Positions 13,401 to 28,999 of a stretch of DNA of 64,000 bases are shown piece by piece. The notes beneath the pieces were generated by a model that saw nothing but the letters and a program-made list of their open reading frames with translations, was not told the origin of the DNA and ran no database searches. A program made the translations under genes and the position numbers. The stretch's first letter is position 1. Each line of letters begins with the position of its first letter. Source of the stretch: Vicugna vicugna (taxonomy: Eukaryota). The DNA lies in assembly GCA_013265495.1 (NCBI GenBank), contig MU058482.1:468962-532961 (forward strand). The letters are read 5' to 3'.

Positions 13401-14395
13401 TTCTTCTGTTCCTTAACTTTATTCCTAAATTCACTGAGCTGTCTTTCTGCATTTTCTTGTAGCTGGTTGAATTTCTTCATGACAGCTATTTTGAATTTTC
13501 TAGTAGATAGATACAATCTTCTGTGACTTTAAGTTTTGTTTCTGTTGAATTATCTTCCTTTTGTGATACTGTGTTACTATTTTTTTTTATGGTGCTTGAT
13601 GAATTGGTCCTCTACCAGCACATCTGAAGTAGTGAACACCTTTCTTATTTAGGTAAAGCTGTGTTACTTTTAACAATTTAACAGGTTGGTCATTAGGCCT
13701 TTCTTTTGTTTTTCAGTAGGTGGCGTTGTAGCACATGTTTTTGGTTTCTCTTCTCTAAGCTGCTCTGGTTATATTTGGGAATCAGTACTTTCCACCTTCC
13801 ACTGCCTCTGCCAAAGGTGTAATCGGTGCCCTTGTCATAGCTGCTTGTGCCTCTGGGGTTGCTGATGCCTTGCTGCTGCTGCTGTTGCTAGCATCACTAC
13901 CAGGGGCACTGGGATGGCAGGTGACTTTGCCTCATCCAGGGTCGCCTGGGTCACAGGCATTGCCACAGCAGTGGGGGGATGGAGCAGAGTTGTGGGCACC
14001 ACCACAGCTGGAGGAACCAAAGTCTTGGCCCCCCCAGCACTGCTGCCCAGTTTCCTGTGGCCACAGGTGTTGTTGCAGCTGGCTGGGAGGCTGGAGTTGT
14101 GTCTGCTGCCCCTTCTGCTACTGGGTTCTCTTGAGGCTGTGGGGACAGCTGCTGTGATCAGGGGGCTGTGATCATGGTCACTGCCTCTGCTGTCCCCCCA
14201 CCTTCCACCTCCTCTATGTGTTCCAACCCACACACCTTCACATGTACAGATGTGTGGATCTCTCTGGCAACCTGTGTTGTGTGTTGTGTGTTGGACAGAG
14301 AATTTTTCTCGAGTTATGGATGCTTAACTAGTTGTAGATTGAAGGGGAGAGACAAAGGGAGCTTCTCATGCTACTGTGATGTTCATGTCTCCCCC
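7453..14395 (-). mobile_element. Near full-length decayed LINE-1 (3'UTR, ORF2, ORF1, 5'UTR), interrupted by a second L1
   Basis: ORF-track fragments are L1 ORF2 peptides ([54 protein letters not shown]). T-rich tail at ~7453 and GC-richer 5'UTR-like region at 13800-14390. Many stops and frameshifts. Confidence 0.9.
10609..11300 (-). mobile_element. Nested L1 3' fragment inserted in the larger L1
   Basis: A second copy of the L1 3'UTR/ORF2 C-terminus (gtccatccatgttgc...aatg...; ATWMDLEIIILSKV) interrupts host ORF2 between ...gtccttga and ...ggtaggcttgtattg. Confidence 0.75.
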
Positions 14396-14435
14396 AAGAA
14401 AACTTTAAAATATTTAAAATCTAGATTATGGAGGT

Positions 14436-14491
14436 TATATATATATAATATATATATTACATATATAATATATACACACACATATATATAT
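14436..14491. repeat. (TA)n/(CA)n microsatellite
   Basis: Direct reading. Confidence 0.85.
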
Positions 14492-14899
14492 GTTCACTGA
14501 AGGAATTTTGAAAATGTATTTTTTAAAATAAATAAAATTCACCTATAATCATCCCACTGAAATATGGCCATTAAAATGTTGGCATATATACTTCCAGTAG
14601 GTTTTTGTCCTATGCAATATGTGCATTTTTACAATAAAATTGAGATAATTCAAGTATACCAGTTTGGTTTAATAAATATGTGAATATATTATGAACATGC
14701 CTCTATTTCATGAAATATTATTCTACAGCATGTTTTTAAAAGGACTCAAGTAATTCAAGATTATTGTAGAAAAACTAGAACACTAGTCCTAAATGACCAC
14801 CATGGACAACTGGAGCAATTTGACATTTATCCTTTTATACTTTTTTTCTTTGATATACTTCTAGAAAAACAGAACCAATTTACTGTTTTGTAATGTGCT

Positions 14900-16830
14900 T
14901 TTTTTTTTTTACTATGATAAAATACACCATTTTAACTATTTTAAAGTGTAAAATTCAGTGGCATTTAGTACATTCATTATGTACAATCATCACCACTATC
15001 TAGTTGCAGAACATTTTCAGCATCGCAAAGGGAAACCCTGTAGCCTTTAAGCAGTCATGCCTCATTCTCTCCTTCTCCCAGCCCCTGGCAACCACTACTA
15101 TGCTTTCCGTCTCTATGGATTTGCCTATTCTGGACATTTCAGATATATCAAACAATATATGGCCTTTTGTGTCTGACTTCTTTCACTTAGCATAGTATTT
15201 TCCGGGTTCATCTATGTTGTAGCATAGTGGAATAAGAAATGTTCCATCATATAGATATACACCACATTTTGTTTATCCAGGTATCAGTTAATGGATATTT
15301 GAGTTGTTTCTACCTTTTGGCTATTGTGAATAGTGCTGCTATGAACACTTACGTGTAACTTTTTGTTTGAACACCTGTTTAGTATACACCTAGGAGTGGA
15401 ATTGCTGGCTTATCTGGTAATTCTATGTTTAACCTATTGAGGGACCACCAAGTTATTTTCCACAGCAGCATTCACATTCCTACCAGCAACACATGAGAAT
15501 TCCAGTTTCCCCACATCCTTGCCAACACTTGTTCTTTTCCATTGGTTGCTGTTGTTTTTACAGCTATCCTAGTAGGTGTGAATCGGTAAAGTGGTACCTC
15601 ATTGTGGTTTTGAACTGTATTTCCCTAATGACTAATGCCCCGCAACATCATTTTCATGTGCTTACTGACCATTTGCAATGGTTTTGTTTTTAAGAAATGT
15701 CTGTTCAAGTCTTTTGCCATCTTTTTTAATAGGATACAATGTGCTTGCTTGCTTGCTTGCTTTTTTTACTTAAGACTATACCATGGACAGCTTTTATTCT
15801 TTTTTATGCCAGTATAATGTACTACAATATTTCACTCTCTAAGTTGATTATACTTTAAAAATCAATTACCTTACTGTTAGATATTCAGAACTACTTGCAC
15901 TTTTCAAACTAATTCTGTAATGAATGTTACAATAAGTAACTACACATGTCCAAAAGTATTCCTGCAAAAAATTCCTAGAAGCAGAATTGCTGGGCCAAGG
16001 GTAGGAAATTTTTAACCTGTAGATTTAAGATGTTAAATTGCTTTCCTCATTACAGTTGTATCAATTTACAGTCCTGTCAGAGGTATAAAAAAGTGCCTAT
16101 TTCCTTGCATACTCATAAACAATGAGTCTTATGCATTTAAAGACGGTAATGTGAGTGGCACAAAATGTCATCTTGTTTTAAACTCCATTTATTTACTACT
16201 ATGAAAGTAAATATCTTTCATAGGTTTTATTAGCCATTTAAATTTCTTTATTTTTGGTAAATTGGCTATTTTGTCTTTATAAATTTTTCTGTAAGATTCA
16301 AGAGTAATACTAAGAATTTTTTAGCTATATGTTACCCTCTGTCATTCTTAACTTTTACCTTTATTTATTATGATTTTTTTGGATAGAAAGTTTAAAATTT
16401 TTCATATAAAGTCAATCTTTTTGTTTTTAGTCTCTGCTATTAGTGTTAGAAAGATCTCATCTGCCCCAGGTTATATAAATATTTACCTATATTTCTTCAC
16501 ATATTTTGATGGTCTTGATTTTCTTCCTTTTAAGCCTTTAATTTTTAAAATTTAAGTCTAGAATTTATTTTGGTGTATGGTGTATGATAGAAATGTAGCT
16601 TAATTTGCAAGTCATTATGCAGTTGTTCCAATATCATTTTTCGAAAAAAATCAGTTTATGATTGACTGATAAGAAACAGTGCCACTAAAATATATTATAC
16701 CTTTGTATATATTTGAGCTCTTTTTTTTTACTCTATTCTGTTCCATACCTCTGTCTATTCTGATGTCAATACCACACTGTTTCAATTTTTTTGTCTTTAT
16801 AACATACATTAATAGCTGATAGACAAAGTC
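14900..16830 (-). mobile_element. Old L1 3' fragments (L1MB/L1ME-like)
   Basis: ttaaagtgtaaaattcagtggcatttagtacattc...ggatttgcctattctggacatttc...cacatccttgccaacactt, followed by more decayed L1 sequence. Confidence 0.75.
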
Positions 16831-17329
16831 TCACCTTTTTACTCTTCAGGTTAGAAGCCCTTTCTTCTTCCTTTCTTTTCTCTTTCTCTTTCATTATCAT
16901 TTGTTTATTCTTCCAGATGCACTTTAGGATAACTACTGAAAACAAAGTAAAAAAAAAAAATGAAGTAGCAGTTGGGGAAATGGAGAACTGCCAACAGCAG
17001 TATCGTGGGGTTGCCTTTAGGATCTAGTTGCAGTTTGAAACCATGAATTTGCTGTGGCACCAGCTGCCATATTTGAATGATTTTCTCCAGTGGCATCATT
17101 ACTGTTAACATTTTAGCAGAGACTGAATGACTGTCAGAATGTTGCATAGGAATTTCTATGTTGAGTAGAATGCTTTCTAAAGTTCCTTCTGACTTAGTCT
17201 ATTTATTCATTCATTCAGTAAACATGTATTGAATGACTCTTATATGCTATTCACTTGGCTAGGTTCTGGGGTTGAATAAAACACAGTTGTTGCTTCAAAG
17301 GTGGGCACATAAATGATCCTTTCAACAGT

Positions 17330-17906
17330 AGGGTGGGGGTTCTTTTCTCTAACCTCTTAGGTTTAGTAGCTGGAGCTTGCAAATTAAACTGACAAAAGCC
17401 AAGTTAACAGGAGAAAAGGCATACACATTTTATTTGATGTTAATATTTTAATTTTTATGTGCACAAAGGACCCTCATAGAAAAGAAATGAAGACCCAAAG
17501 AGGTGATTAGACATAGGGGATTACATACCACTTTTTAAAGGGTGAGAAATTGTGCAGAAGTGACAAAAGAAAGGGGTTTTGAGCTTCTTGGGGTGGTAGA
17601 TTGCAGGAAAATAAATATATGGCGGAATGTGATGGAAGATAAGGATGATTTTAGTGAGGTTTATTTGTGTAGACCCATCATGGTGCTGACTCTGTCTGCA
17701 GTGTAATGGTTATTTTTCCTCCTCCTGCTTTGAGAGAGGGGAAGGGAAAGACTTTCACAAAGGGAAATTTATATCCTTCTTTTAGGCAGATAGGGGGAGG
17801 GCAGAGAGCTCTTTCTGAGTTTGCTGCTTCTTATTTGCCTTCAGCTCAAAATAATCTCCATGCCAAATGGCACATTTTGAGGTGGTGCATTCTAATCTGC
17901 TTCACA
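17330..17906 (-). mobile_element. ERV1-class solo LTR (MER34/MER4-group-like)
   Basis: Ends aaaataatctccatgccaaatggcacattttgaggtggtgcattct...ttcaca, typical of this LTR group in antisense. Interrupts L2 sequence. Confidence 0.6.
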
Positions 17907-18886
17907 ATAAGAATAGATCTGTGTGTAGGGCACTGTAAGAGTACAGTCTTGGTAGTGATGGGAGAGGTCAGGGAAGCTTCCCAAAGTAGGTGAAGACTAA
18001 GCTGAGTCTTAAAGAATAGGTAGCAGTTAGCAATACTAGATACAACAGCTTGAATAAGGTATGGAAGTAAGAAATATATGTGTCAAAGTGAGATGTTTTG
18101 ACTTAGCTATTTTGACATGATATGGCTTTGACTTCTCACTGCTGTTTTAATTGTTCTGACTTCTCACTAATGTGTGCAACAAACAGCCCTGACCCCCGCC
18201 CACCCATCACTGAATCATTGCTGTCATCATCATCATCCTTGGGCTAATCAAAAAGGGGAAAAAAAAGAGGTGGAAGTGTTTATCAAACTAATATGTATCA
18301 TTAATAATTTAAAAATTTTTAAGGCTGCACGCCAATGCCACCTTCCTCAGATTGCTGTCACTGAAGAGTGAAGTGCAAGGGAAGGGATGTGGGAGATGAC
18401 ATTGGAAAGGCAGGGGCCAGATCACAGAGGTCACTGCACCATTTTTAAAAATCTTGGACCTGACTTTACAGGATGGAGACGACTGAAAGGCTTTTAAGCA
18501 GGGAAGCTATGCGGTCACATTTATGTGTCTATGTGGGAGATGTATCTCAGAAGAATAATCCTGGAGGCATACAAACTATTTAGGAAGCTTTTGCTGGGGT
18601 TGAGGTGAGAAGTGGTGAGGGCCTGAACTAGGGCAGGAGTGGTGGTGATGAGAGGAGGACTGATTCTATAGCGTGTGGTGAGCATTTGGCTATATGAAAT
18701 GATGGAGAGGAGTTTGTGTGATGAAGCAGTAACACCGGTTAAGATAGAAAATTCAGAAGGGGGAATAAGGGGCACAAGGAGAGGATTACAGGTTTTGGAT
18801 GTGCACTATAGGTCTTTGTGGGTTCTTTTTAAATATGAAAATATTTTTTAATATTCTTGAAATCTTTCTTATCATATCCCTCTGGA

Positions 18887-19100
18887 CATTGGTTTTCAAG
18901 GAGGGGGCTATTTTGCTCCCCAGGGAACATATTGCAATGTCTGGAGACATTTTTGGTTGTCACAACCAAGGGGAGAAGTGCTACTGGTATCTGGTGGTTA
19001 GAGGCCAGGGATGCTGCTAAACATCCTGTAATGCAAGGGGCAGCCCCCCACAAAGAGTTTTCTGGGTCCAAACGTCAGTAGTGTCACAGGTGATACTCTG
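18887..19100. mobile_element. MER20 DNA transposon (hAT-Charlie)
   Basis: ttttgctccccagggaacatattgcaatgtctggagacatttttggttgtcacaac...gaggccagggatgctgctaaacatcct matches the MER20 consensus. Confidence 0.85.
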
Positions 19101-22100
19101 TTCTAGGGACAAGATGGAATACTTTATACCTTACTTCACAATTTTGCCCAGGGCCAGTCATTCAGATTTAAAAGTATGGATAGGTCCATTAAAAAACATT
19201 ACCACTGCTGAGAAACCAAATCTTAGTGTTAGAGAAGAAATTAAAGATCATCTGTTCTAACCATTCAACTGATATTTGAATACTTGCTTCAACCACCTAT
19301 CTGTGCAGAAGTGCACTGCACAAAACCCCTCAAACATACCCAGAGGTTGAGAGCCTAACTTTAAAGCAGCTCATCTTAGAAAAATGTTCAGTTTCTCTCT
19401 CTCTTTTTTTTTGGTTCTAAAATCAGCTTCTCTATAAGTAACCATTGGACCCAGCTTCATTTTTTAGATTCATAAAAACCAGTTTCCCTTCCTCATTATT
19501 ATCTTTGAGATTTACAAAGACATCAATCCTATTTCTCCTATGTCATGACTTTAAGTTCTCTCGCTTTACCTAAAGCATAAGAGTCGGGGGAGAGCATTTT
19601 CTTTATACACACAGGGAGTACATAATTAGAAAAATGCAAAACAAATTAAATCATATCTGGCGAGCCTGGACTTGTGGAAAAATATTTTAAACAAGAAAAC
19701 TTTACAAAGGCAAGGATGACTAGATGAGAATCAACAATGACAACTCATTTACTTTGGAGAAAACAGAGAGAAAGTTTCTGATAAGAAAAATAAACCAAAG
19801 ATTCCAGTGATAAGTGGAATCAAGAATAACATGCACCATAAAACATAAATGAAATAAGACTGAAAAAATGTAGGCAAAGAAGGAAAAACAAAAGAAACAG
19901 AAGACAACTCCCATTAAGTAAATGGCTTCTGAATTTTAAAGAGCAGCTACACACACCAGCTTAGCAGCCTGGGAAATTATATAAGGAGAACCCCTCCCCT
20001 GGAATTTTCATAGAGGGGAAAGCAGGTTAAAACAAACACTAAAGGCAGCAGTTCCTCCTCCCCCTCCCCTCCCTTTTTCTCCTCCTCCTCTCTTCCTTCC
20101 TCTTCCTCCCCCACTTCTGGGGTTAGGGGTAATGGGAGCACACAGAGTCAGGGCTCCCCACAAAGGATGGAACATGTGAAAAGCATACAGCAGGGGCTAA
20201 CAACTGAGGGACAGTTCTACACATTTACTTTAGCAAATGGAAGGTTTTAACACATTATAATAAAAATTTTATAAAGGGGGGGGAGAGAGAAAGAGAGGGC
20301 ACGAACTACACAAGTTTTCCTGCCTTCCCTCCTGCACCAGTCGCTCACTGCTCAGTCACTGGTAGCCCAGATTCCCTGTGCCCTGGAGATGGACCTCTAT
20401 CACTACAGTGCTCAGATCCTGCCACAGTTACAGGAAACACTGCCTCAAGTGACACACTGCCATTGTCCTGCTCAACCCATCAATCAAATACTGGACTTGA
20501 GGCAGCACTGGCTGGGCAAGTCAACAATGAAGGGTGAGGACCCAGCAACACAAAATGGGCCTAGACAGGAAAACAAAATCCAGAAACCTGCCGGGGTAAT
20601 CATCTCTGCTCACTGAGATGAAGAACATCCCTGCCCTGGGTGGCGAGTGGCGGGTGAGAGGCTGCGGAGCAATCATCAGGCCAAGCAGGCAAGGTCAGCT
20701 CCGATTACTCCTGGGAAGTTGAGTTTACTGATTTTGGTGGCTCCAGTCCAGCATTGCATAACACGTAGAGGCCCCAGGAGCCGAGGATGACCCTGAAGGG
20801 CCCTGCACCCCTCGCCTGCTAGGGATGTCCAGGTTGGGAGCCAGGTGGCGTGTGCCGCAGCCCGCGTGGATTCATGGCAGGGGAGGGATTTGGGGCGCGC
20901 CCCACAGGGTGCACGGCCTCTTTCTCCGACTAAAGCCGTGACACACGCCATTACCTTGCCGAAAAGCTCTTTGTGAGACCTCGACCCGGGCAGCAGAGAG
21001 GCCACGAGATGGCAGCAGAGAACATCGCCCAGGACACAAAACCTGAACTATCTGCTTGGGAAATACCGTCAATTGTCTATAATCATGCATTCGAGGCCAG
21101 AATAAACGACTGAATTTCAAAGAAATCAGGGTAAAATTCATGAACATGGAGAATTCCCAACCATCACAGAATTCATCTGCCTATGAAGCTACATATTTCT
21201 CCAAGGGAGACAATGCAAGGGATAAGGGGTCAAGGCCTTTTATAAACTGACGTCAGCAGGAACCTTGTCACAGTCACTTCTTTCTGTGAAGTTCCAGTGG
21301 GCAGCAATTCAAGTAAAATATGAGTGACTTCCACAGAGGCTGCCAAACTGATGAAGGGCAGACACAATGGTTGCCGGGAAGCATTGCAGCAAAGCAGAAT
21401 GCTTTCATGGAGCAGCCAGGGACTCTGGCAATAGGCAGTGTGGAGACGGGATAATGAGGATCACAGGACAAACCTCCCACAGTCTTCACTGCAGCTGACA
21501 GAGGATAATGTATGGGAAAGGGGCATTAGTAGCACTGGCTCTAAATCTCTGATCTCCTGACTTACCATCTAATGCTCCTTAGGTTACATATTCTACCCCA
21601 CCCTTCTGCAGTTGTCACTACCAAAAATTGCCAAATACCCCTGCCTCCCTGAGAACCACTATGAGAGGGATATGATAAAAAAGGGTTTTAAGAACCTGAT
21701 GTTAAATCTCTCCAAAGCTCTTGAATTTTAGAAGAGGCCTCGAGGGCATACAAGAACCACATTGCACATCCAAAACCTGAATTTCTACTATATGTTTGTA
21801 TAAAGGAGACACAATAATTGAAGGACCATAGGCTGAATGTGGTCCTCAATTTAAAGAAAATTAGTTATCAGCATTTTTAAATCAGAAGATTTCACACTTA
21901 ACAAGTCAGGATTTCTGACTTTTATAGGCAAATTGGAACAATGGCAGTACTAAGCCCACGGTCCCAAATGGCAATTACTGTGTAGAGTTGAGTGAGGTTA
22001 AAGTCTCTAAATAATGTGTGCTCTCTAGTTTGCCATAGTTCCCACCACTCTCTATTAACTCATACCTAATCTGCTTCATTCATTTACACTACTACTCATC

Positions 22101-22444
22101 CCTACAGGCAATTTTCGACCTCCAAAGTGCTTTATAGTTTTAAAGTATTTTTTCATGTGTGATTTTATTTGAGCCTTGGTACTCCAGTAAGGTAGAGAGA
22201 GTAAATACTATGATTATAATCCCCATTTAAACAAAATGTAGGTCAGAGGAGTCTGACTTGCCCAAATTTACACTACAAAACCAGAGTCTCGACTTCCTGA
22301 CTCCCAGTCTTGTTATTTTGGGGGGAAAGGTTTCTATTAAGAACTTCATTTCTTCATGGAACAAACCCAAAGAAGTAAATATGGACATAACTGCAGGAAC
22401 AGATGAATTCTAACTGCTAAACTGTTCAGGAATCACTTCAAATT

Positions 22445-22865
22445 ATTATGTCCTTTTTTTTTATTTAAATGAAGGATTTCTGCTTCCCTTCCCCTTCTAG
22501 GCATATGAAAAGATTGCCCTTCTAACCATCTAGAAGTTGGGTGTGGCTATATGATTTGCTTTGGCCAATTAAGTGTGAGTGGAAGTGATATGAGTCCCTC
22601 TGAGGCAGAAGCATTTAAGAACCCATGAACAATTCTTCATGCTTACTTCACAATGGGGGCAGGTGGTGATGGCTAGTCTCGTGGTGACATGGCAGGATCT
22701 CAAAATGGTGGCACTCCATGGGCTCGGGTACCTGAATAACTTAAAATGTGCAGAGCATCCAGCCAGACTACTCTAGACATGTAGTGTGAGAGAGAAACCT
22801 TTGTGGTTGTAAGCCGTTGAGATTTTGGCAGTTACCACAACATAACCTAGCCTAACCTTGATACA
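22445..22865. mobile_element. MaLR (MLT1-like) LTR
   Basis: gttgggtgtggctatatgatttgctttggccaat...aaacctttgtggttgtaagccgttgagattttgg...acataacctagcctaaccttgataca. Confidence 0.7.
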
Positions 22866-23549
22866 AGGTTCATTTGCAAGGTGACTGAACATCTCCAAGA
22901 ACTAAAATGCAATTTCCAGACTTCTGATTATATCACTAAAAGCTGTTGCTCCTATCTGGAAGACAGTGGAAATGAACTGTTGATTTTTACCCTCAGCTTC
23001 CTTATTTACTACCAGCTTCTGATTCTGAAGAAAATTATTTTGAGACCTTCACTCAAGAGCTCTCCATTATTCTGGCACTTAAGACTGGGAGGAGGAGAAG
23101 GGGAGGCCCAGATCTTGTTTTCTCCATTCCAGAGCCTAATCCCAGCACTGTCCCCACCCACTAATACTCACACAATCTTGTCATAGGGCGGCTATTACCA
23201 CTCCCAAGGTGTCACAAACAGAAAAGAGCCGCCACTGGCGCCACTGCAATGTCAGGGCAAGGCAGCCAGGCTGCGCTCTTTCCTCACTGGTGCCTGGGCT
23301 TGGCTAAGCCCGGAGAAGCAGCATTCTCTAGGGAAAGAAGCCTTCTCAAGTGGGAACAAAAATGAGTGTGAGGCGCACACCCATCCTGGGCACTATGTGA
23401 ATTTGGGGTGAGTTCTATTAGTACTCCAGCTCTGGTCAATTTGTAGTTCCTTTAGCGGCTAGTAAGCTGTCCGGCTGGTGCTGTTGGGTGTCCCAGTTTT
23501 CCTGGGCTTTTCTCAAGCCCACCCCATCTTGTCATCTTTGCACACTTGC

Positions 23550-24350
23550 AAAGGTCACAAACGGTGGGGGTTGAGCGCAACCACAGCTTCAGCAACCCTA
23601 CCGCAGCTGGGATCAAAGGTCGGTGGGGCTGCCAAAAGGCTGAGCCTGCGCAGTCCCGCTCCCGCCTTGGAGAGAAAGGGTGGCGGCAACGCGGGCTCGT
23701 TACACCGGCGTGCTCCCAAGAGGCGGGAAAGCCTTAGGTCGGGTCGCCACGTCCCTCCCTCTTCCTGCCCCATCCACCCATCAGCCTGACCAGCCCGGCC
23801 TCCTCGGGCGCCCAGGCCCCGGGGGAGGGGGATGAGAAGGGCCCTGGGCTTCTGACTCATCATCTCCAACCCCTTTCTCGCGCGCGCTCCAAGTCTCAGG
23901 ACTTTGGACCGGGGCACTGTGGGAGGGGGTACGGCGACAGCATCTGGGAAACCCCACCTCTGCCGAGGGCCAGCCCTCAGCCCCTGCCCGTCTCCGAAGC
24001 TGCCAGAGGAGGAATGTGGACCCACAGTCAGCACCCAGTTACCGAGGTTGGGGTGGTGGCGCCCCCGCGTAGAATAGCCCGCCCAGCTCCTCCCTGCTCG
24101 CGGGGCCAGTGGTCGCGTCCGAGGAAACTCTCGGCTAGGCCCCGACTTCCAGTGCCTCGCGTCACTCAGCCGATGAATAGCGCCCCAACCGCGGAGGGAA
24201 GGCTCTTTATTTCCCAGCAGGCCACGGGGGACAGCGGGGCATCCTGGGACTTGTAGTCTCCGTTAGAGTAGAAAGGAACCGGATCGAAAGGAGAGAACCA
24301 AGGCACCTGTGAATTGATTTCAGAGGGTGGGCGTGTACGGGAACCCGGGC
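23550..24350. promoter_or_regulatory. CpG island, probable distal ZNF219 promoter, with ZNF143/THAP11-type ACTACA-SBS motif
   Basis: CpG-dense stretch. GCATCCTGGGACTTGTAGT at 24239-24257 reads ACTACAAGTCCCAGGATGC on the minus strand, matching the ACTACAnnTCCCAnnATGC motif. Confidence 0.7.
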
Positions 24351-24741
24351 TTGGAGTGGATGGGATTGTGAAAGGTGGAAATTGTGGAAATAGTGAGATG
24401 AGGCGGATGTGAAGCTGTATGGGGAGGCAGTCGGGAAGGAGAGGAAGGCTGGAAGGGAGGAAATGGGTCTAGGTGAAAGCTGGTTTAAGGTGTCCTCCAG
24501 GCGGGCAGATTTTCGGGGCAGTGAGGTGATGGAAGACTAGGTCTAGGCATTGTTTTCCCCAGCAGGAAAGAGAAGAGACAGGGGCCTACTCTGAGTGGAA
24601 ATGGAAGGCACTTCACCAGACTTCATGTAGGTCTCAAGGGACTCCATCTAGTTTTAAGTTCGGTGGGATGGGGTGCAGGAGGGTCTGGAGAAGGCGCCCG
24701 TCGGGTAGGAGAGCAGCACCTGTCTGCTTCTCCTTGCCAGC

Positions 24742-26674
<1,933 letters not shown>

Positions 26675-27809
26675 CTAGGAAAAACGCATTATGGCACCTA
26701 TCAGGAGACAGGACATGCTGCTACATCTCTTTCAGCTGCCCCTCTGCCCACTCCCAAAATCCAGGGAGTTGAGGCTCAGGGCCTCACACCTACCTAGTCT
26801 GAAGCGGCTGCTCCAAAGGGATGGGTCCCAGCTGGGCCTGAGCTCCTGGTTGGGCCTGGTAGCTCAGAGCAGACGGCAGACTTGTCCTGGCAGAGACAAG
26901 CTATCAGAACTGGGGTGTGGTGGGGCAAAGGTCCCTGTGAGGGCCTAAGGATCTAGGGAGTGGCGGTGGGTAGACACCAGCCTCAGTTCACTCCACAAGA
27001 CACCCAGCCCTATCTCATTCTGTTCCCAATTCCTATTGCCCCCATCTCTGTCCATGCCAGGTTCCTCTTCTGATCACTCACCTCATCTGATGGACACTAC
27101 CACCCTGGGCCCCATTCCCCTGCTATTTCCATCTAATCTTTCTCCTTTGTGGGGGCTTCCTCAAATTACTTGCTGTTCCTTTCGAAAATCCCACATTACT
27201 GTCTGCATTGGTCCCCTGTCATTACCACTTGAAGCTTTGTCCCAAGACCAGCCAAGATCTGACTTCCTGTCTGTCACTTTCTGGACAGTTTCTCTTCTCT
27301 CATTCTTTTCTTGAAGGATTTACTCTGGATCGGACACTGACTAAGTGGATGGAGAGCTCTATTTATAGTGGGGATTGTTTTTGACTCAGTGATAACCTGC
27401 AGCTAGCCATGTGTAGAAGATGGTCCTTAAATGGTCAGTCTTGGGGAGGACACTGTTCCAACAATATTTTTGAGAGACAGAAGTTGCCTTGTAGCCAGGC
27501 TGACCTGGACTAGACTCTCAGCTCTGCCACTTTCCAAGCTGTGTGACCTTGGATATTATTCTACCAATTGGAACCTCAGTTTGTTCAAACTGAGTGATAA
27601 AAGGGGACTAATGAAATGACTTGAAGGGTTGTTGACTCAAGGAGGGTGCATAATAACAATTAATGGTGCTATGAGGTCATACCGATGTGCCTGATGCCTG
27701 TATACTAAAAGGCTTATTCAGAAGCGAAACTGGGGTCATTTATTACCACAATAAGAAGCAGAACCACCTGGGCCCAAATATATACTTTGTAGATCAAAAA
27801 TAGGAACGG

Positions 27810-28050
27810 CCCATCTTGGTGCAGAGCCTGAGGTCTGGAGGCAACCAGACCTATGTTCAAATCCCAGATCTACCTGGGTGACCTTGGGCAAGTTATTTAA
27901 TCTATCTGTTTCCTTATCATTAAAGGGAAGTTAATACCGACCTCAACGGGTTGCTGTAAGTATTAAGAGAGAAAATGCATATGAACCAGTTCAGCCCAGC
28001 ACATGGCCAATACATGCTCAATAAATGTTCGTGGCTATTATCATTGTCAT
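27810..28050. mobile_element. MIR SINE (further MIR pieces at ~27480-27640, ~41100-41310, ~45100-45300, ~47560-47725, ~48230-48420, ~59740-59860)
   Basis: gttcaaatcccagatctacc...gtgaccttgggcaagttatttaatct...ctcaataaatgtt MIR core. Confidence 0.7.
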
Positions 28051-28999
28051 TATTATTTGATGACAGAAGAAGACTGAACCAGAAGACCCCCAGGACTTAG
28101 TACTAGGAGGCAAGGTCCTGGGAGATAAAGTGGCCTTCTTTGTAAGCCACTTCTGCCCTGCTCAGTGCTGGGCCAACACTCATTGAAGCATTGTGCCCAC
28201 TCTTTCCTGGGGAGTGGGGATCACATTTAAAGGAATCCTGAGAACTGTTGTCTGTCTACTCCGTCCTCGATCCCTATGTGCATTAATTTTGGTGGCAATG
28301 GCCTGATTGTGAGATGCTGGACTTGCACTGAGGATCCCTGGAATGGTAGGCCAGTGGAAAGAGACTCTTTGGCCTCATTTTCCTTACCTGTAAATGCAGA
28401 CTAATTATATTTCAGTGTTATTTTAAGGATTACATACTATTAAATGTGTAAACAGGCATTCGGTAAATATTGATTAAATCTAAGTACACTACTTACAAAT
28501 TTGTAGCCCCTGTCTAGATTACAGTCTCCTCCAGGGAGGGCACTACATTCTCCTCCTGGGTTCATCCCTCCCGGCGCTGAGCAGAGCGCCTGGTACTTAG
28601 TAAGCACTCAGTAAATATTTGTTGTATTGAAGAGCCATTAAAGTGACTTAAGGAATGGAAAATAGAATTCGAGAGGAAGGAGCAGGAATTGTTTATCAAG
28701 AACAGGAAGGACCGAAGAGTAACTTTAATAATGTTTCTTATACGGCAGACATTAACTATCTCTATAATCGCCCCTCCTCCTCCCCCAAAAGAGACAGAAA
28801 ATTGTTCGGGAGAGGCTTTGAGATAAAACCCCAGGAAGAACTTCCCGAGTCTGTGCATGTTGGGGCAGAAAGAGCGGCAGAGCCAGCTCCTTCCCTGGTA
28901 TGTCCGGGTTTAGGGTGGGAGGGGCAGTCCTGCTTGGAGGCTGGGGGAAGGACGAGATGACCTTTCAAAATCTCTTCCAGTCTCCTGTGGGAATCATCT

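Noticed and set aside
7453..14395. Active LINE-1 / reverse transcriptase gene
   Set aside because: ORF1 and ORF2 are broken by many stops, frameshifts and a nested insertion.
16905..17147. 80-aa minus-strand ORF in a non-L1 patch
   Set aside because: No recognisable homology or splice context; runs into a low-complexity A/T tract.
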